Below, piece after piece: positions 18,705 through 28,861 of a stretch of 64,000 bases of DNA (position 1 is its first letter; each line of letters opens with the position of its first letter). The position numbers were made by a program, and so were the translations under genes. The DNA comes from Eubacteriales bacterium (lineage in GTDB: Bacteria; Bacillota; Clostridia; Oscillospirales; CAG-272): NCBI GenBank assembly GCA_045653705.1, contig JAZOMG010000044.1, positions 10,137-74,136 on the forward strand, given 5' to 3'. The notes under the pieces are model-generated. The model worked only from the letters and a program-made list of their open reading frames with translations, was not told the origin of the DNA and did not search any database.

Positions 18705-20948
18705 TTACTTGTTCTGTTCCTTGTAGTAGTTCATAAGGCAACCGCAGAGAATTATCTCCTTTTCGTCCTCGGTAAGTCCCTTGACATAAAGGGTAATATC
18801 CGAAACAGAGCCGTCAGCCCTTACTACCTTAGCGGCAAATTCCTCCTTGCCGTCTATTATTGCCTGACGGATGCCGCCTACGTAAACGTAGTCGCCCTCG
18901 GAGTAGGGGAAGTCAGCGCCCTCGGGAAGAGTAAAGGGAAGTATACCCCAGTTGATACAGTTGGAGCGGTAGCGCTTTGTGGCGAACTCGTAGCAGATAT
19001 TCGCAAATCCGCCGAGAACCTTTTGGCAGGAAGCCGCCTGCTCGCGGGCTGAGCCGTCACCGGGCTTGTTTGCGAATACGCAAGAGCCGAACTGAGTGTT
19101 GTTTATAAGCTCGTCTGCGTTCCCCACAGCCGAAAGAACTCTCATAAGCTCCTCGGGGCGCTTGTCAGCGCGTCTGTCTGCCTCGGTAGCCGCAACCGCC
19201 TTGGAGCGTCCGACATATTCGGGAACGCGGCGAGAAAGAGCGAACTCGGAAAGCCTTATGGGGTTTGAGCGGTAGGACGAGGTCTCGCCCGAGGGGATAA
19301 GCTCGTCGGTGGTGGTTACGGGGTCACGGATAACTGCCGCAAGCTTAACAAGAAGATTGTCAGACAGCTCATACTGAGTAGGCCAGTCGGTTATGTTAGG
19401 ACCGAGAATGAGGTCAACCGAGGGGTCAGCCTTGCCGTATCCATAGTAAACGCGCTTGCCGTATACCGATTTATCGAAATGATATTCGTGAGGTGTGTAG
19501 TCGTAGTCAACGTCGGTTGCCGCCGTTATAACACCGCCGTTGCGTGCTGTCGCCGCAATGCTTCGAGCGTCCATCAGGGCTACGCCCGAAAGCTGTCCCT
19601 CACCGGGCTTAGAGCCTTCGCGGTTGGGGAAGTTACGTGTGGTGTGACGGAGAGAGAGCCCGTTGTTGGCGGGAACGTCGCCTGCTCCGAAGCAAGGACC
19701 GCAGAAAGAGGGCTTGATGACCGCGCCCGACTGTAAAAGGTCAGCGGTAACGCCTATTTTGGTAAGCTCAAGGGAAACGGGAACGCTGGTGGGATAAACC
19801 GACAGCGAGAAATAGCCGTTGCCTGTGCTTTGCTCCTTGAGTATTGCCGATGCCTCGTCAATGCTGTCGAACATACCGCCCGAGCAGCCTGCGATTATTC
19901 CTTGGTCGGCGTATACCTTGCCGTCCTTTACCTTGGAGCGCAGGTCAAGGTTGCACTTTCCGAATTTCTTTTTAGCCTCTTCTTCAACCTTTGCAAGAAT
20001 CTCGTCCGCGTTCTCCACAAATTCGTGAATGGTGTAGGCGTTAGAGGGGTGGAAGGGAAGAGCTATCATAGATTCCATCTTGGACAGGTCAATTTCTATC
20101 ATAGCATCATAGTACGCTACGTTACCGGGGCGAAGCTCTTTGTATTCCTCGGGTCTGCCGTGAGCCACGTAATGACCCTTAGTTACCTCGTCTGTCTCCC
20201 AGATAGAGGACAGGCAGGTGGTCTCGGTGGTCATAACGTCGATACCGTTACGGAAATCAATGGGCAGGTTTTTAACGCCGGGTCCTACAAATTCAAGAAC
20301 CTTGTTCTTTACAAAGCCGTTTGCAAAGGTAGCGCCAACGAGAGCGATAGCCACGTCGTGAGGTCCTATACCCTTTTTGGGCGCGCCTGTGAGGTAAACG
20401 AGGACTACCTCGGGGGCTTTGATATCATATGTATTTTTGAGAAGCTGTTTAACAAGCTCGGGGCCGCCCTCGCCAACACCCATAGTTCCGAGAGAGCCGT
20501 AGCGTGTGTGAGAGTCTGAGCCAAGTATCATTTTTCCACATCCCGTAAGCTCCTCGCGGGCATAGGAATGGATAACGCTCTGGTTGGCGGGTACGTATAT
20601 ACCGCCGTACTTTTTAGCCGCCGACAGACCGAAAACGTGGTCGTCCTAATTTATAGTACCGCCTACCGCGCACAGAGAATTGTGGCAGTTGGTCATAGCG
20701 TAGGGAATAGGAAATTCACGAAGCGCGCTGGCGCGGGCTGTCTGAATTATACCCACGTAGGTTATGTCGTGAGAAACGAGCGCGTCGAAGCGTATCTTCA
20801 TACCCTCATCATCGCTCTTTGCCGTGTTGTGAGCGTTAAGTATCGAATAAGCTATTGTGTTTTTTCTTGCCTCGGCGGGAGAAAGGGAAGCGCTGTCGCA
20901 TACCTTTCCGTCAACGAGGTAAACACCGTGTGAGGTCAGTTTTACCAT
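18705..20948 (-). pseudogene. Aconitate hydratase (YbhJ-like hydratase) interrupted by one in-frame TAG at 20646-20648
   Basis: ORFs 20646-20948 and 18705-20531 are in the same frame; read-through gives [29 protein letters not shown]...ILGSDSHTR; Fe-S Cys motifs AGCSGG and FCGPCFG are intact. Confidence 0.85.
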
Positions 20949-21147
20949 AAATCTAACTCCTTGTAAAATCTATAATATACAACATATTATTATACAATAA
21001 ATAACCGAAAAAGTCAAGATATAGCGGTACATTTATTTACCGCAAGATTATTGTGAATATTTCCGAGGAAATATTTGCCCCTGAGCTATTGCAAATAGCT
21101 CGACAAAGTGATATAATGTAGGTAAATTTTTTTATTGGAGTAAGATA

Positions 21148-21882
21148 ATGAGAGGACTTGGAACGGCGGTAAACGTTATCGCCATAATTTTAGGCGCGCT
21201 TATAGGAATTCTTTTCAAAAAGGGTATGAAGGAGCGCTTCCAAAACATAATGATGCAAGCGTGCGGACTTGCGACCCTGTTTATTGGGCTTTCGGGAGCG
21301 CTTGAAATGATAATGTCGGTGTCCGAGAACGGAAAGCTTGTATCGGGGTCTACTATGCTCATAGTAATATCCCTCATACTTGGAGGACTTCTCGGAGAGC
21401 TTATAAATATTGAAATGCTCCTTGATAAGCTGGGAGAAAAGCTGAAAGGGCTTTTTAAGGCTAAGGGAGACAGCAAGTTTGTTGAGGGCTTTGTGACCGC
21501 ATCGTTGGTAGTCTGTGTTGGGGCTATGGCAATATGCGGCTCACTCGAGGACGGACTTTCGGGAAATGCGCAGACACTGTTTATAAAATCAATACTCGAC
21601 TTTATAATCGTCATAGTCTTTGCCTCGGTCTACGGTATAGGCGCGGGATTTTCGGCGCTTCCTTTGGGAATTTATCAAGGTCTTATCACCCTTTGCGCGG
21701 CGTTTATTGCCCCATATCTCTCCGATACTCTTATCGCAAGTCTGTCGGGAGTAGGCTCTGTCCTCATCTTTGCGGTTGGACTTAATCTGCTGTTCCCCAA
21801 AAAAATAAGAGTGGGAAATCTTCTTCCCGCCCTCATAGTACCCGTTCTGTACGAGCTTATTAAGCTTTTACCTTGGTTTTAA
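21148..21882 (+). CDS. DUF554 (YdfK-like) membrane protein
   Basis: GTAVN, GE.INIE, CVGAMAI.GS, KSILD motifs. Confidence 0.85.
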   Translation: MRGLGTAVNVIAIILGALIGILFKKGMKERFQNIMMQACGLATLFIGLSGALEMIMSVSENGKLVSGSTMLIVISLILGGLLGELINIEMLLDKLGEKLKGLFKAKGDSKFVEGFVTASLVVCVGAMAICGSLEDGLSGNAQTLFIKSILDFIIVIVFASVYGIGAGFSALPLGIYQGLITLCAAFIAPYLSDTLIASLSGVGSVLIFAVGLNLLFPKKIRVGNLLPALIVPVLYELIKLLPWF

Positions 21883-21900
21883 ATTACATAGGAGTAAAAA

Positions 21901-22983
21901 ATGAAAAAGTCAAAATTTAACGATACGGCGAAAAAATATCTCCATCGCTACTTCATAAAGGCGATGGGAGCTATGGCGCAGGGCTTGTTTGCGTCCTTGC
22001 TTATAGGAACTATTTTCAATGCTATCGGAATGATACCCTACCTTGGAATAATGTCCGATATAGGCGGATATGCCAAGGCAATGGCGGGGGCTGTTATGGC
22101 GGCGGCTATCGCCTATTCGCTGGATGCTCATCCCTTGGTCATATTTTCCTCGGCGGGCGTTGGATATGCGGCAAACGCTCTTGGAGGCGCGGGCGGACCT
22201 ATCGCGGTGTTTATTATCGCTATTGCCGCATCCGAGATAGGTATGCTGGTATCAAGGAAAACTAAGGTTGACATTATAGTTACCCCCTTTGTGACACTGC
22301 TTGTAGGCGGTCTGCTTTCAATATTCCTCGCGCCCCATATAGGTACTTTGGTTGGATACGTTAGTAAATTTATAGGCTGGGCGGCAACTCAAGCGCCTTT
22401 CGTTACAGGCATTACTGTTTCGGTGGTAATGGGTGTATGCCTTACCTTGCCCATATCCTCGGCGGCGATATGCGCGGGGCTTGTTCTTACGGGCAGCGCG
22501 GCGGCAGGCGGTACAGAGGGGCTCGCCATAGCGGGAGCGGCGGCTGTTGCGGGCTGTTGCGCGCAGATGGTCGGCTTCGCTGTCATCAGCTTCCGAGAGA
22601 ATAAATGGGGCGGCGTGCTTTCTCAGGGAATAGGAACGAGTATGCTTCAAATGCCGAATATCATAAAGCGCCCTCAGATATGGATAGCGCCCACTCTCGC
22701 ATCCGCCGTCACAGGACCCCTTGCGGTATGTGTTTTCAAGCTCCGTATGTACGGCGAGGCAATAAACTCGGGTATGGGTACCTGCGGACTTCTCGGACCT
22801 ATCGGTATGATACTCGGTTGGATAGACCCAACAAACGGCTACACGGGTGACCTCGGGGCTTTGCAGTGGATAGGACTTGCCCTTGTATGCTTTGTTTTAC
22901 CCGCGCTTCTTTCCTTTATCTTTAATGAGATGCTTCGTAAATTCGGTTGGGTCAGAACGGGTGATATGAAGCTGCCCGAATAG
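21901..22983 (+). CDS. PTS EIIC-like membrane protein (PfoR/EIIC_2 family)
   Basis: MAQGLFASLLIG, TKVDII.TP, LTLPISSAAI, GIGTSMLQ, SGMGTCGL motifs. Confidence 0.82.
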   Translation: MKKSKFNDTAKKYLHRYFIKAMGAMAQGLFASLLIGTIFNAIGMIPYLGIMSDIGGYAKAMAGAVMAAAIAYSLDAHPLVIFSSAGVGYAANALGGAGGPIAVFIIAIAASEIGMLVSRKTKVDIIVTPFVTLLVGGLLSIFLAPHIGTLVGYVSKFIGWAATQAPFVTGITVSVVMGVCLTLPISSAAICAGLVLTGSAAAGGTEGLAIAGAAAVAGCCAQMVGFAVISFRENKWGGVLSQGIGTSMLQMPNIIKRPQIWIAPTLASAVTGPLAVCVFKLRMYGEAINSGMGTCGLLGPIGMILGWIDPTNGYTGDLGALQWIGLALVCFVLPALLSFIFNEMLRKFGWVRTGDMKLPE

Positions 22984-23017
22984 ACAAAATGTAAGATATG
23001 ACTACTATGTCAATGAA

Positions 23018-23066
23018 AACGCCTCATTTGCTATCATTACAAATAGCAAATGAGGCGTTATTTTTT
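23018..23066. terminator. Long bidirectional terminator hairpin
   Basis: AACGCCTCATTTGCTAT...ATAGCAAATGAGGCGTT with T-tract, between convergent genes. Confidence 0.75.
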
Positions 23067-23081
23067 GTGGGTTTGCTTATC

Positions 23082-24746
23082 TTACTTGTTATTTTCAGCC
23101 TTAAGAGCCTTTTTACGTGCCTTAGCCGCCTTTACCTCGTCAACAACAAACTTGGAGAGGAATGCAAGGGCGAGTACGTTGGGGATGACCATCAGGTTGT
23201 TGAACATATCCGTAAGTCCCCATACAAGGTCGTTGGAGCTTACTATACATCCGATAAATACGAAGGCTATTGCAATTACCGAGTATACAATGGTAGCTAC
23301 CTTTCTCTTCTTCTTGAAAAGGTATTCTACGTTCTGGCGTCCGAAGAAGTTCCAACCGATTATGGTGGTAAATGCGAAGAAAGCAAGACATACCGCAATC
23401 AAAATATTACCAACGGTTCTGTTCTTGAATACAGCGCCAACAGACGTCTGCATCATATCGGTCTTGCCGTAAACCTCGCCTGTGTACTTTTCGTTGTCCT
23501 TAAGAGAGGTAAGAACCTTGTTTGTAAGGTTGCCGTTGGTGTCTCCAAGATTAAAGCCGTCCTCGCCGTCAGCCTTGAATGCCGCAAGCTCCTCGTCGGT
23601 CTTGGGAATAGAATAGCCGTCCTTTTCAAGCTCAACAAGAGTAGCCTTGATATCGTCGTCGGATACCTGAGAATAGTCAGCCTTGATGGGGGTAATATTA
23701 GATGCGTAAAGTGTAGAGATAACAACGAGAGCGGTTATTGTAAGAACTACAAAGGTATCTATAAACACGCCTATCATTGCTACAACGCCCTGCTCGTGAG
23801 GTGTTTTTACCTTTGCCTGAGCGTGAGCGTGAGGTGTTGAACCCATACCTGCTTCATTGGAGAACAGACCGCGCTTTACACCCTGAGAGATAGCCGCCTT
23901 AATGCCCGCGCCGATAGCACCGCCGAGCAGCGCGTTAGGTACAAAGGCATACTTGAATATCATTCCAAAGGTTGCGGGAACTACCTTGATGTTTATGCAG
24001 AGGATTACAACGCCGATAACGAGATATACGAGAGCCATTATAGGAACTACCTTTTCGGCAACCGATGCGATACGCTGAACGCCGCCGATAAAGATAACCG
24101 CACAGATAGCCGCCAGAATGATACCTACTATAAGGCATACCACCCAACCGTCAACCGAGCTTGTTACAGAGCCTACCGAGGTGCTGATAGCCGAAGCGAT
24201 AGAGTTGGACTGAACCATAGCTCCCATACAACCGAGAGCGAGGATAACAGCTACTGCAAAGAAGCCTGCAAGAAGCTTTCCGAATCTTCCCTTGAATACC
24301 TTTTTGATGTAGTAAACAGGTCCGCCGAGCACCGAGCCGTCAGCCTGTTCTTCCTTGGTCTGCTGAGCCATAACCGCCTCGGAATAGATAGTAGCCATTC
24401 CGAAGAAAGCGATTATCCACATCCAGAAGATAGCGCCGGGACCGCCTATAAGTATTGCGCCGCAGGCGCCTACGATGTTACCCGTACCTACCTGAGCGGC
24501 AATGGCTGTTGCCAACGCTTGGAAAGAAGAAAGACCGCCTTTTTGCTTTCCGCCTTTAAGGGAAAGACCGCCAAAGACCTTTTTCATTCCCTCGCCGAAG
24601 CAACGAACCTGAACAAAGCGTGTGCGGATAGTATAGAAAAGACCTATACCAACAAGTAAGAAAAAGAGAATGTAGTCGGACATATAATCGTTTACCGTAT
24701 TAACTACGGGTAAAAGAAAGCCCTCTACCTTTGCGATGAATTCCAT
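23082..24746 (-). CDS. Alanine/glycine:cation symporter (AGCS family)
   Basis: AAQVGTGNI, GGPGAIFWMW, GGPVYYI, RGLFSNEAGMGS, FIDT motifs. Confidence 0.93.
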   Translation of the reverse strand: MEFIAKVEGFLLPVVNTVNDYMSDYILFFLLVGIGLFYTIRTRFVQVRCFGEGMKKVFGGLSLKGGKQKGGLSSFQALATAIAAQVGTGNIVGACGAILIGGPGAIFWMWIIAFFGMATIYSEAVMAQQTKEEQADGSVLGGPVYYIKKVFKGRFGKLLAGFFAVAVILALGCMGAMVQSNSIASAISTSVGSVTSSVDGWVVCLIVGIILAAICAVIFIGGVQRIASVAEKVVPIMALVYLVIGVVILCINIKVVPATFGMIFKYAFVPNALLGGAIGAGIKAAISQGVKRGLFSNEAGMGSTPHAHAQAKVKTPHEQGVVAMIGVFIDTFVVLTITALVVISTLYASNITPIKADYSQVSDDDIKATLVELEKDGYSIPKTDEELAAFKADGEDGFNLGDTNGNLTNKVLTSLKDNEKYTGEVYGKTDMMQTSVGAVFKNRTVGNILIAVCLAFFAFTTIIGWNFFGRQNVEYLFKKKRKVATIVYSVIAIAFVFIGCIVSSNDLVWGLTDMFNNLMVIPNVLALAFLSKFVVDEVKAAKARKKALKAENNK

Positions 24747-24769
24747 ATGAATTCCTCCTGAAATAAAGT

Positions 24770-24805
24770 AATGAAAATAATAAAGCCCCCGAAAAATCGG
24801 CGGCT
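24770..24805 (-). terminator. Expression-platform terminator of the glycine riboswitch
   Basis: Minus strand AGCCGCCGA-TTTT-TCGGGGGCT followed by TTATTATTTT, between aptamer and RBS. Confidence 0.6.
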
Positions 24806-24842
24806 AAAAGACAAGTGTATTGATATAGATAAAATACATCAA

Positions 24843-24968
24843 CAGCTTTGTCCTTTTGCCTGAGAGATTCAACGCGCGAGCGTCTTGCACCTTCGGCACT
24901 TGCATCTGCAAGCTTCTCCAAAGCTCCTCAGCGGTCGGTCGTAAATACTTCCAACAGCGTCATCGGAT
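24843..24968 (-). promoter_or_regulatory. Glycine riboswitch (single aptamer)
   Basis: Minus strand AGCTTTGGAGA...GCCGAAGGTGCAA...AATCTCTCAGGCAAAAGGACAAAGCT; upstream of AGCS transporter; sigmaA promoter TTGACA-N17-TAAAAT just upstream. Confidence 0.9.
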
Positions 24969-25156
24969 TACGAGATTATTTTATCACAAGGTTAACGCTT
25001 TGTCAATAGAAATGTGAAAATATAATGAATTTTGTCAAAATGGTGTGAAAAAGAGATGAATATGAAAAAATATTATTTATTTTTTTAAAAACCTTTGCAA
25101 AGGTTGGGATTTTGTGGTATCATATATTAAATGAAGTAAGGATAGGGGGGAGAGCA

Positions 25157-25918
25157 ATGGCAGTGGGCAAGCGGCGAGAGCGTGTGAAACGGATATTTGC
25201 CGATAAAGAGATTGCCGACAGGGGTCACTATTCAAAAAAGACGGCGGCACTTGTTCTTTCGGTGGTTTCGGTTGTTATGTGCGCGTTGTCGGTGGCGGGG
25301 ATTATTGCTATAAATAAGCTCAGCGCCGAATATGAAAACGGAAACGTTCTCAGAGAGCTTATAGACAAGCATCCCGTTATCAGCGCCGCGGTTATGATGG
25401 CTATCTGTACTGTACAGGTAATAATAGCCTTTATCCCCGGCGAGGTGGTAGAGGTAGCGGCAGGCTACGCCTTTGGGGCGTGGTGGGGAGCGGCGCTCTG
25501 TACTGCGGGGATAACCCTTGGCAGCATTATAGCTATACTTCTGACAAGACACTTTGGCAGACGGCTTGTGGAAGCCTTTTATCCAAGAGAAAAGCTTGAT
25601 TCAATGCCGGTTCTCAGCGACCCTGAAAAAAGAAACGTTCTTGTTATTTTGCTTTTCCTTATTCCGGGTACACCAAAGGATTTACTGACGTATATAATAG
25701 GTCTTACCGAAATGAGCATACCTCTTTACGTGCTTCTGACTACCGTCAGCCGATTTCCGTCTATAATCATGTCTACCCTAAGCGGTGACGCTATGGGCGA
25801 GCAGAAATGGGTAAGTGCATTGTGGTTTTTCATTATCACGGGGGTACTCAGCGGTACGGGATACCTTGTATATATGTATATTCGGAAAAGAACAGGGAAG
25901 AAAAAGTCTCAAAAATAG
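25157..25918 (+). CDS. TVP38/TMEM64 (VTT domain, DedA superfamily) membrane protein
   Basis: QVIIAFIPGE, AG..FG...G, LFLIPGTPKD motifs. Confidence 0.85.
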   Translation: MAVGKRRERVKRIFADKEIADRGHYSKKTAALVLSVVSVVMCALSVAGIIAINKLSAEYENGNVLRELIDKHPVISAAVMMAICTVQVIIAFIPGEVVEVAAGYAFGAWWGAALCTAGITLGSIIAILLTRHFGRRLVEAFYPREKLDSMPVLSDPEKRNVLVILLFLIPGTPKDLLTYIIGLTEMSIPLYVLLTTVSRFPSIIMSTLSGDAMGEQKWVSALWFFIITGVLSGTGYLVYMYIRKRTGKKKSQK

Positions 25919-26085
25919 TCTATCTCAGCTTACATTGGATATTTTGCACATTTGATTAAAAGTGAAATTGTGCAATTTTACAAACATTTAATATTGAGTT
26001 CACAGTATAGCAATATTAAAACTGTAAAATAAGGATACCGAGGAATAAATCGGTAAAACCTTATTGAGGAAAGGAATAAGTAAAA

Positions 26086-26331
26086 ATGATAGTCAACGAT
26101 AAAAAGTACGTTTACAGAGTTGAGATCGACACGATGGAAGATGTTAGAAAGCTTGTTTCTATCTCAACGAAGCTCCAGGGAAAGATAATACTGCAAAGCG
26201 GAACAAAGTTTGCGGTAAACGCTAAGAGCCTTTTGGGAGTTATACTTGCTAAGAAGCTTAATTGGGACGATCTTATGTTGGTAATGGACGAGGACCATTA
26301 TTACGAGTTTGTTCAGTTTATAAAGGATTAA
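26086..26331 (+). CDS. HPr-fold protein lacking the His15 phosphocarrier site
   Basis: 81 aa; VNAKSLLG (Ser46 motif) present, no GLHARP motif. Confidence 0.7.
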   Translation: MIVNDKKYVYRVEIDTMEDVRKLVSISTKLQGKIILQSGTKFAVNAKSLLGVILAKKLNWDDLMLVMDEDHYYEFVQFIKD

Positions 26332-26338
26332 CAGTTAT

Positions 26339-26366
26339 GGGGGCTGCGCTAAATGCGACAGCCCCC
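26339..26366 (+). terminator. Hairpin terminator related to MITE ends
   Basis: GGGGGCTGCGC-TAAAT-GCGACAGCCCCC then GGTTTAATTTT. Confidence 0.55.
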
Positions 26367-26447
26367 GGTTTAATTTTACAGTATAATTTTTAGGTTTTGT
26401 TTGCAAATGTAAACTATATATGCCCTACGACGCAAAATAAATTAAAA

Positions 26448-27227
26448 CTAAAAAAACACCTTTTTGACCTGCTTCATTGCAGGGCTGAGGGAACAGAGCG
26501 TCGATTGGAAGAGAAATGCCGCAAGGAAAGGCAGACGTCGAAGCCGACAAGGGTCGCAGGCGGTACGCCACAGCCATTCAAGCCCTGTATTTTGAAATAG
26601 GGCAGGGGCGCGCTTTACCTCGCCCGACCACACGTCAAGGCTTCCGCCAAGCCCCATAGATAGGCGCAAAAAGGGGAGCGAGGGTGTGTTTTCGGATATC
26701 CATTCTTCCTGTCTCGGAAAACCGAGACAGACAAAGAGAATATCGGGGCGAAGCCCTTGTAGCTCGTCAAGTATCTCTTTGTTTTCCTCACCGTAGGGGT
26801 CGAAATATCCGTGGTGCGTTCCGCATATATTCAAGCCTGAAATTTTTTCTTCAAGCCTTTTCTTGGCAAGCTCCGCAATGCGGGGCTTGCCACCGAGAAG
26901 ATATACCGACAGTCCGTGTTCCGCGGCATAGCGTAGGATTTGCTCTGCCGTGTCTATCCCCGTCAGCCTTTCGGGCAGGGGATTGGCGGTCAGTCTTGAA
27001 GCAAGCCTGACGCCTATGCCGTCGGGCAGACATAGGTCGGCGGAATTTAAAAGCCTTGTATATTCACGGCTTCGGCTTGCCTTGTATATCATTTCGGCGT
27101 TTGGTGTGAAAATTCTCGCGTTTTTTCTTTCAGATAGGATATCTTCTATCCTTTCCCACGCCGTGTTTGATGTGTGTATATCAAGAGACACGCCGAGAAT
27201 ATGGCAGCTATTATCTCTGTTTTTCAT
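26448..27227 (-). CDS. WecB/TagA/CpsF family glycosyltransferase
   Basis: TPNAE, PDGIG, ERLTGID, LGFPRQE, GLGGSLD, KRAP, GLEWLWR motifs. Confidence 0.92.
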   Translation of the reverse strand: MKNRDNSCHILGVSLDIHTSNTAWERIEDILSERKNARIFTPNAEMIYKASRSREYTRLLNSADLCLPDGIGVRLASRLTANPLPERLTGIDTAEQILRYAAEHGLSVYLLGGKPRIAELAKKRLEEKISGLNICGTHHGYFDPYGEENKEILDELQGLRPDILFVCLGFPRQEEWISENTPSLPFLRLSMGLGGSLDVWSGEVKRAPALFQNTGLEWLWRTACDPCRLRRLPFLAAFLFQSTLCSLSPAMKQVKKVFF

Positions 27228-27367
27228 TTGAAATACTCCCAAAATATGAATTTAGATATATTTTTTCCTATTCTTTTAAAAATATCCCTTGTCGGCTCTT
27301 GACTTTTTTTCAATTATGATTTATAATGATTGGGAATATAATTATTTATCATCAGAAAGGTGAAAAA

Positions 27368-28807
27368 ATGGCAAACGACAAAAAGATGGTTGAGCAGATA
27401 ACCTCAATGGATACCGATTTTGCTCAATGGTACACAGACGTAGTAAAAAAAGCCGAGCTTGTTGATTACTCGGGCGTAAAGGGCTGTATGATAATCCGCC
27501 CATACGGATACGCGATATGGGAAAATATCCAGCACGATCTCGACGCGAGATTTAAAAAACTCGGACACGAAAACGTATATATGCCTATGTTTATTCCCGA
27601 AAGCCTTCTGCAGAAGGAGAAAGACCACGTTGAGGGCTTCGCCCCCGAGTGCGCTATCGTGACCATAGGCGGACAGAACAGACTTTCCGAGCGTCTTATA
27701 GTAAGACCTACATCGGAGACTCTTTTCTGTGACCACTATAAAAATATCATTCATTCCTACCGCGACCTGCCTAAGCTCTACAATCAGTGGTGTAACGTGG
27801 TAAGATGGGAAAAGACTACACGTCCGTTCCTGCGTACCTCGGAGTTTTTGTGGCAGGAGGGTCACACCATGCACGAAAACGAGGCAGAGGCAAGGGAAGA
27901 GACACTCAGAATGCTTAAGTGCTATGAGGATTTCTACCGCGAGACCCTCGCTATCCCTGCGGTGACGGGAAGAAAGACCGAAAAGGAAAAGTTTGCGGGA
28001 GCTATGGAGACCTATACCATAGAGCCTATGATGCACAACGGCGTAGCTCTTCAGGGCGGAACCTCTCACTATTTCGGTGACGGCTTCGCGAGAGCCTTTG
28101 ATATCACCTACACCGACAGAGAAAACAAGGTGCAGTATCCTCATCAGACCTCTTGGGGTGTATCTACCCGTATGATAGGCGCTATCATTATGACCCACGG
28201 AGACGATAACGGTCTAATACTTCCCCCAAAGGTAGCTCCCATTCAGGTGGCTATTATTCCTGTGGCTCAGCATAAGGAGGGCGTGCTTGAAAAGGCGAAT
28301 GAGCTTCGCGAGCTTCTTTCCGAGAAATTCCGCGTGAAGCTTGACGACAGCGACAACTCCACGGGCTGGAAGTTCAGCCAGTATGAGATGAAGGGTGTAC
28401 CGCTCCGTCTGGAGATAGGACCTCGCGACATAGAGAATAATTCCTGCGTTCTTGTCAGCCGCGTAAGCAGACAAAAGACCTTTGTATCCCTTGATAACAT
28501 AGTAGAGGAAATAGAAAAGGCGCTTGCGGCTGTTCACAACGAGCTTTACGAGAGAGCAGAGAAGAACCTCGCGGAGAAGATGAGCATAGCTCACGACCAC
28601 GAGGAGTTCTTGGATATTGCCGAGAACCGCCCCGGATTTATCAAGGCTATGTGGTGCGGTGAGTCCGAGTGCGAGGACAAGCTTAAGGAGGAGACAGGCG
28701 GAGTTAAGTCTCGCTGTATTCCTTTCGTTGAGGAGCATATATCCGACAGGTGCGTATGCTGCGGAAAGCCCGCAAAGCATATGGTAGTGTTCGGCAGACA
28801 GTACTGA
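27368..28807 (+). CDS. proS: Proline-tRNA ligase (archaeal/eukaryote-like type)
   Basis: [34 protein letters not shown]-terminal Zn motif and GRQY. Confidence 0.97.
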   Translation: MANDKKMVEQITSMDTDFAQWYTDVVKKAELVDYSGVKGCMIIRPYGYAIWENIQHDLDARFKKLGHENVYMPMFIPESLLQKEKDHVEGFAPECAIVTIGGQNRLSERLIVRPTSETLFCDHYKNIIHSYRDLPKLYNQWCNVVRWEKTTRPFLRTSEFLWQEGHTMHENEAEAREETLRMLKCYEDFYRETLAIPAVTGRKTEKEKFAGAMETYTIEPMMHNGVALQGGTSHYFGDGFARAFDITYTDRENKVQYPHQTSWGVSTRMIGAIIMTHGDDNGLILPPKVAPIQVAIIPVAQHKEGVLEKANELRELLSEKFRVKLDDSDNSTGWKFSQYEMKGVPLRLEIGPRDIENNSCVLVSRVSRQKTFVSLDNIVEEIEKALAAVHNELYERAEKNLAEKMSIAHDHEEFLDIAENRPGFIKAMWCGESECEDKLKEETGGVKSRCIPFVEEHISDRCVCCGKPAKHMVVFGRQY

Positions 28808-28819
28808 TATTCTTTTTCG

Positions 28820-28851
28820 ACGGCGAAGCGGATATACCACTTCGCCGTTTG
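28820..28851 (+). terminator. proS terminator
   Basis: ACGGCGAAG-CGGATATACCA-CTTCGCCGT followed by TTGTT. Confidence 0.7.
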
Positions 28852-28861
28852 TTGGTTTACG

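Noticed and set aside
20646-20648. Genome-wide TAG reassignment
   Set aside because: Other genes here end normally at TAG (e.g. 985, 22983, 25918, 47059) and no other in-frame TAG interruption was seen
21056-21075. Palindrome AATATTTCC-GA-GGAAATATT between the aconitase and DUF554 promoters
   Set aside because: Could be an operator, but it is a single AT-rich instance with no assignable regulator
27228-27367. T-box leader for proS
   Set aside because: The region is too short, is occupied by promoter-like sequence and has no T-box consensus
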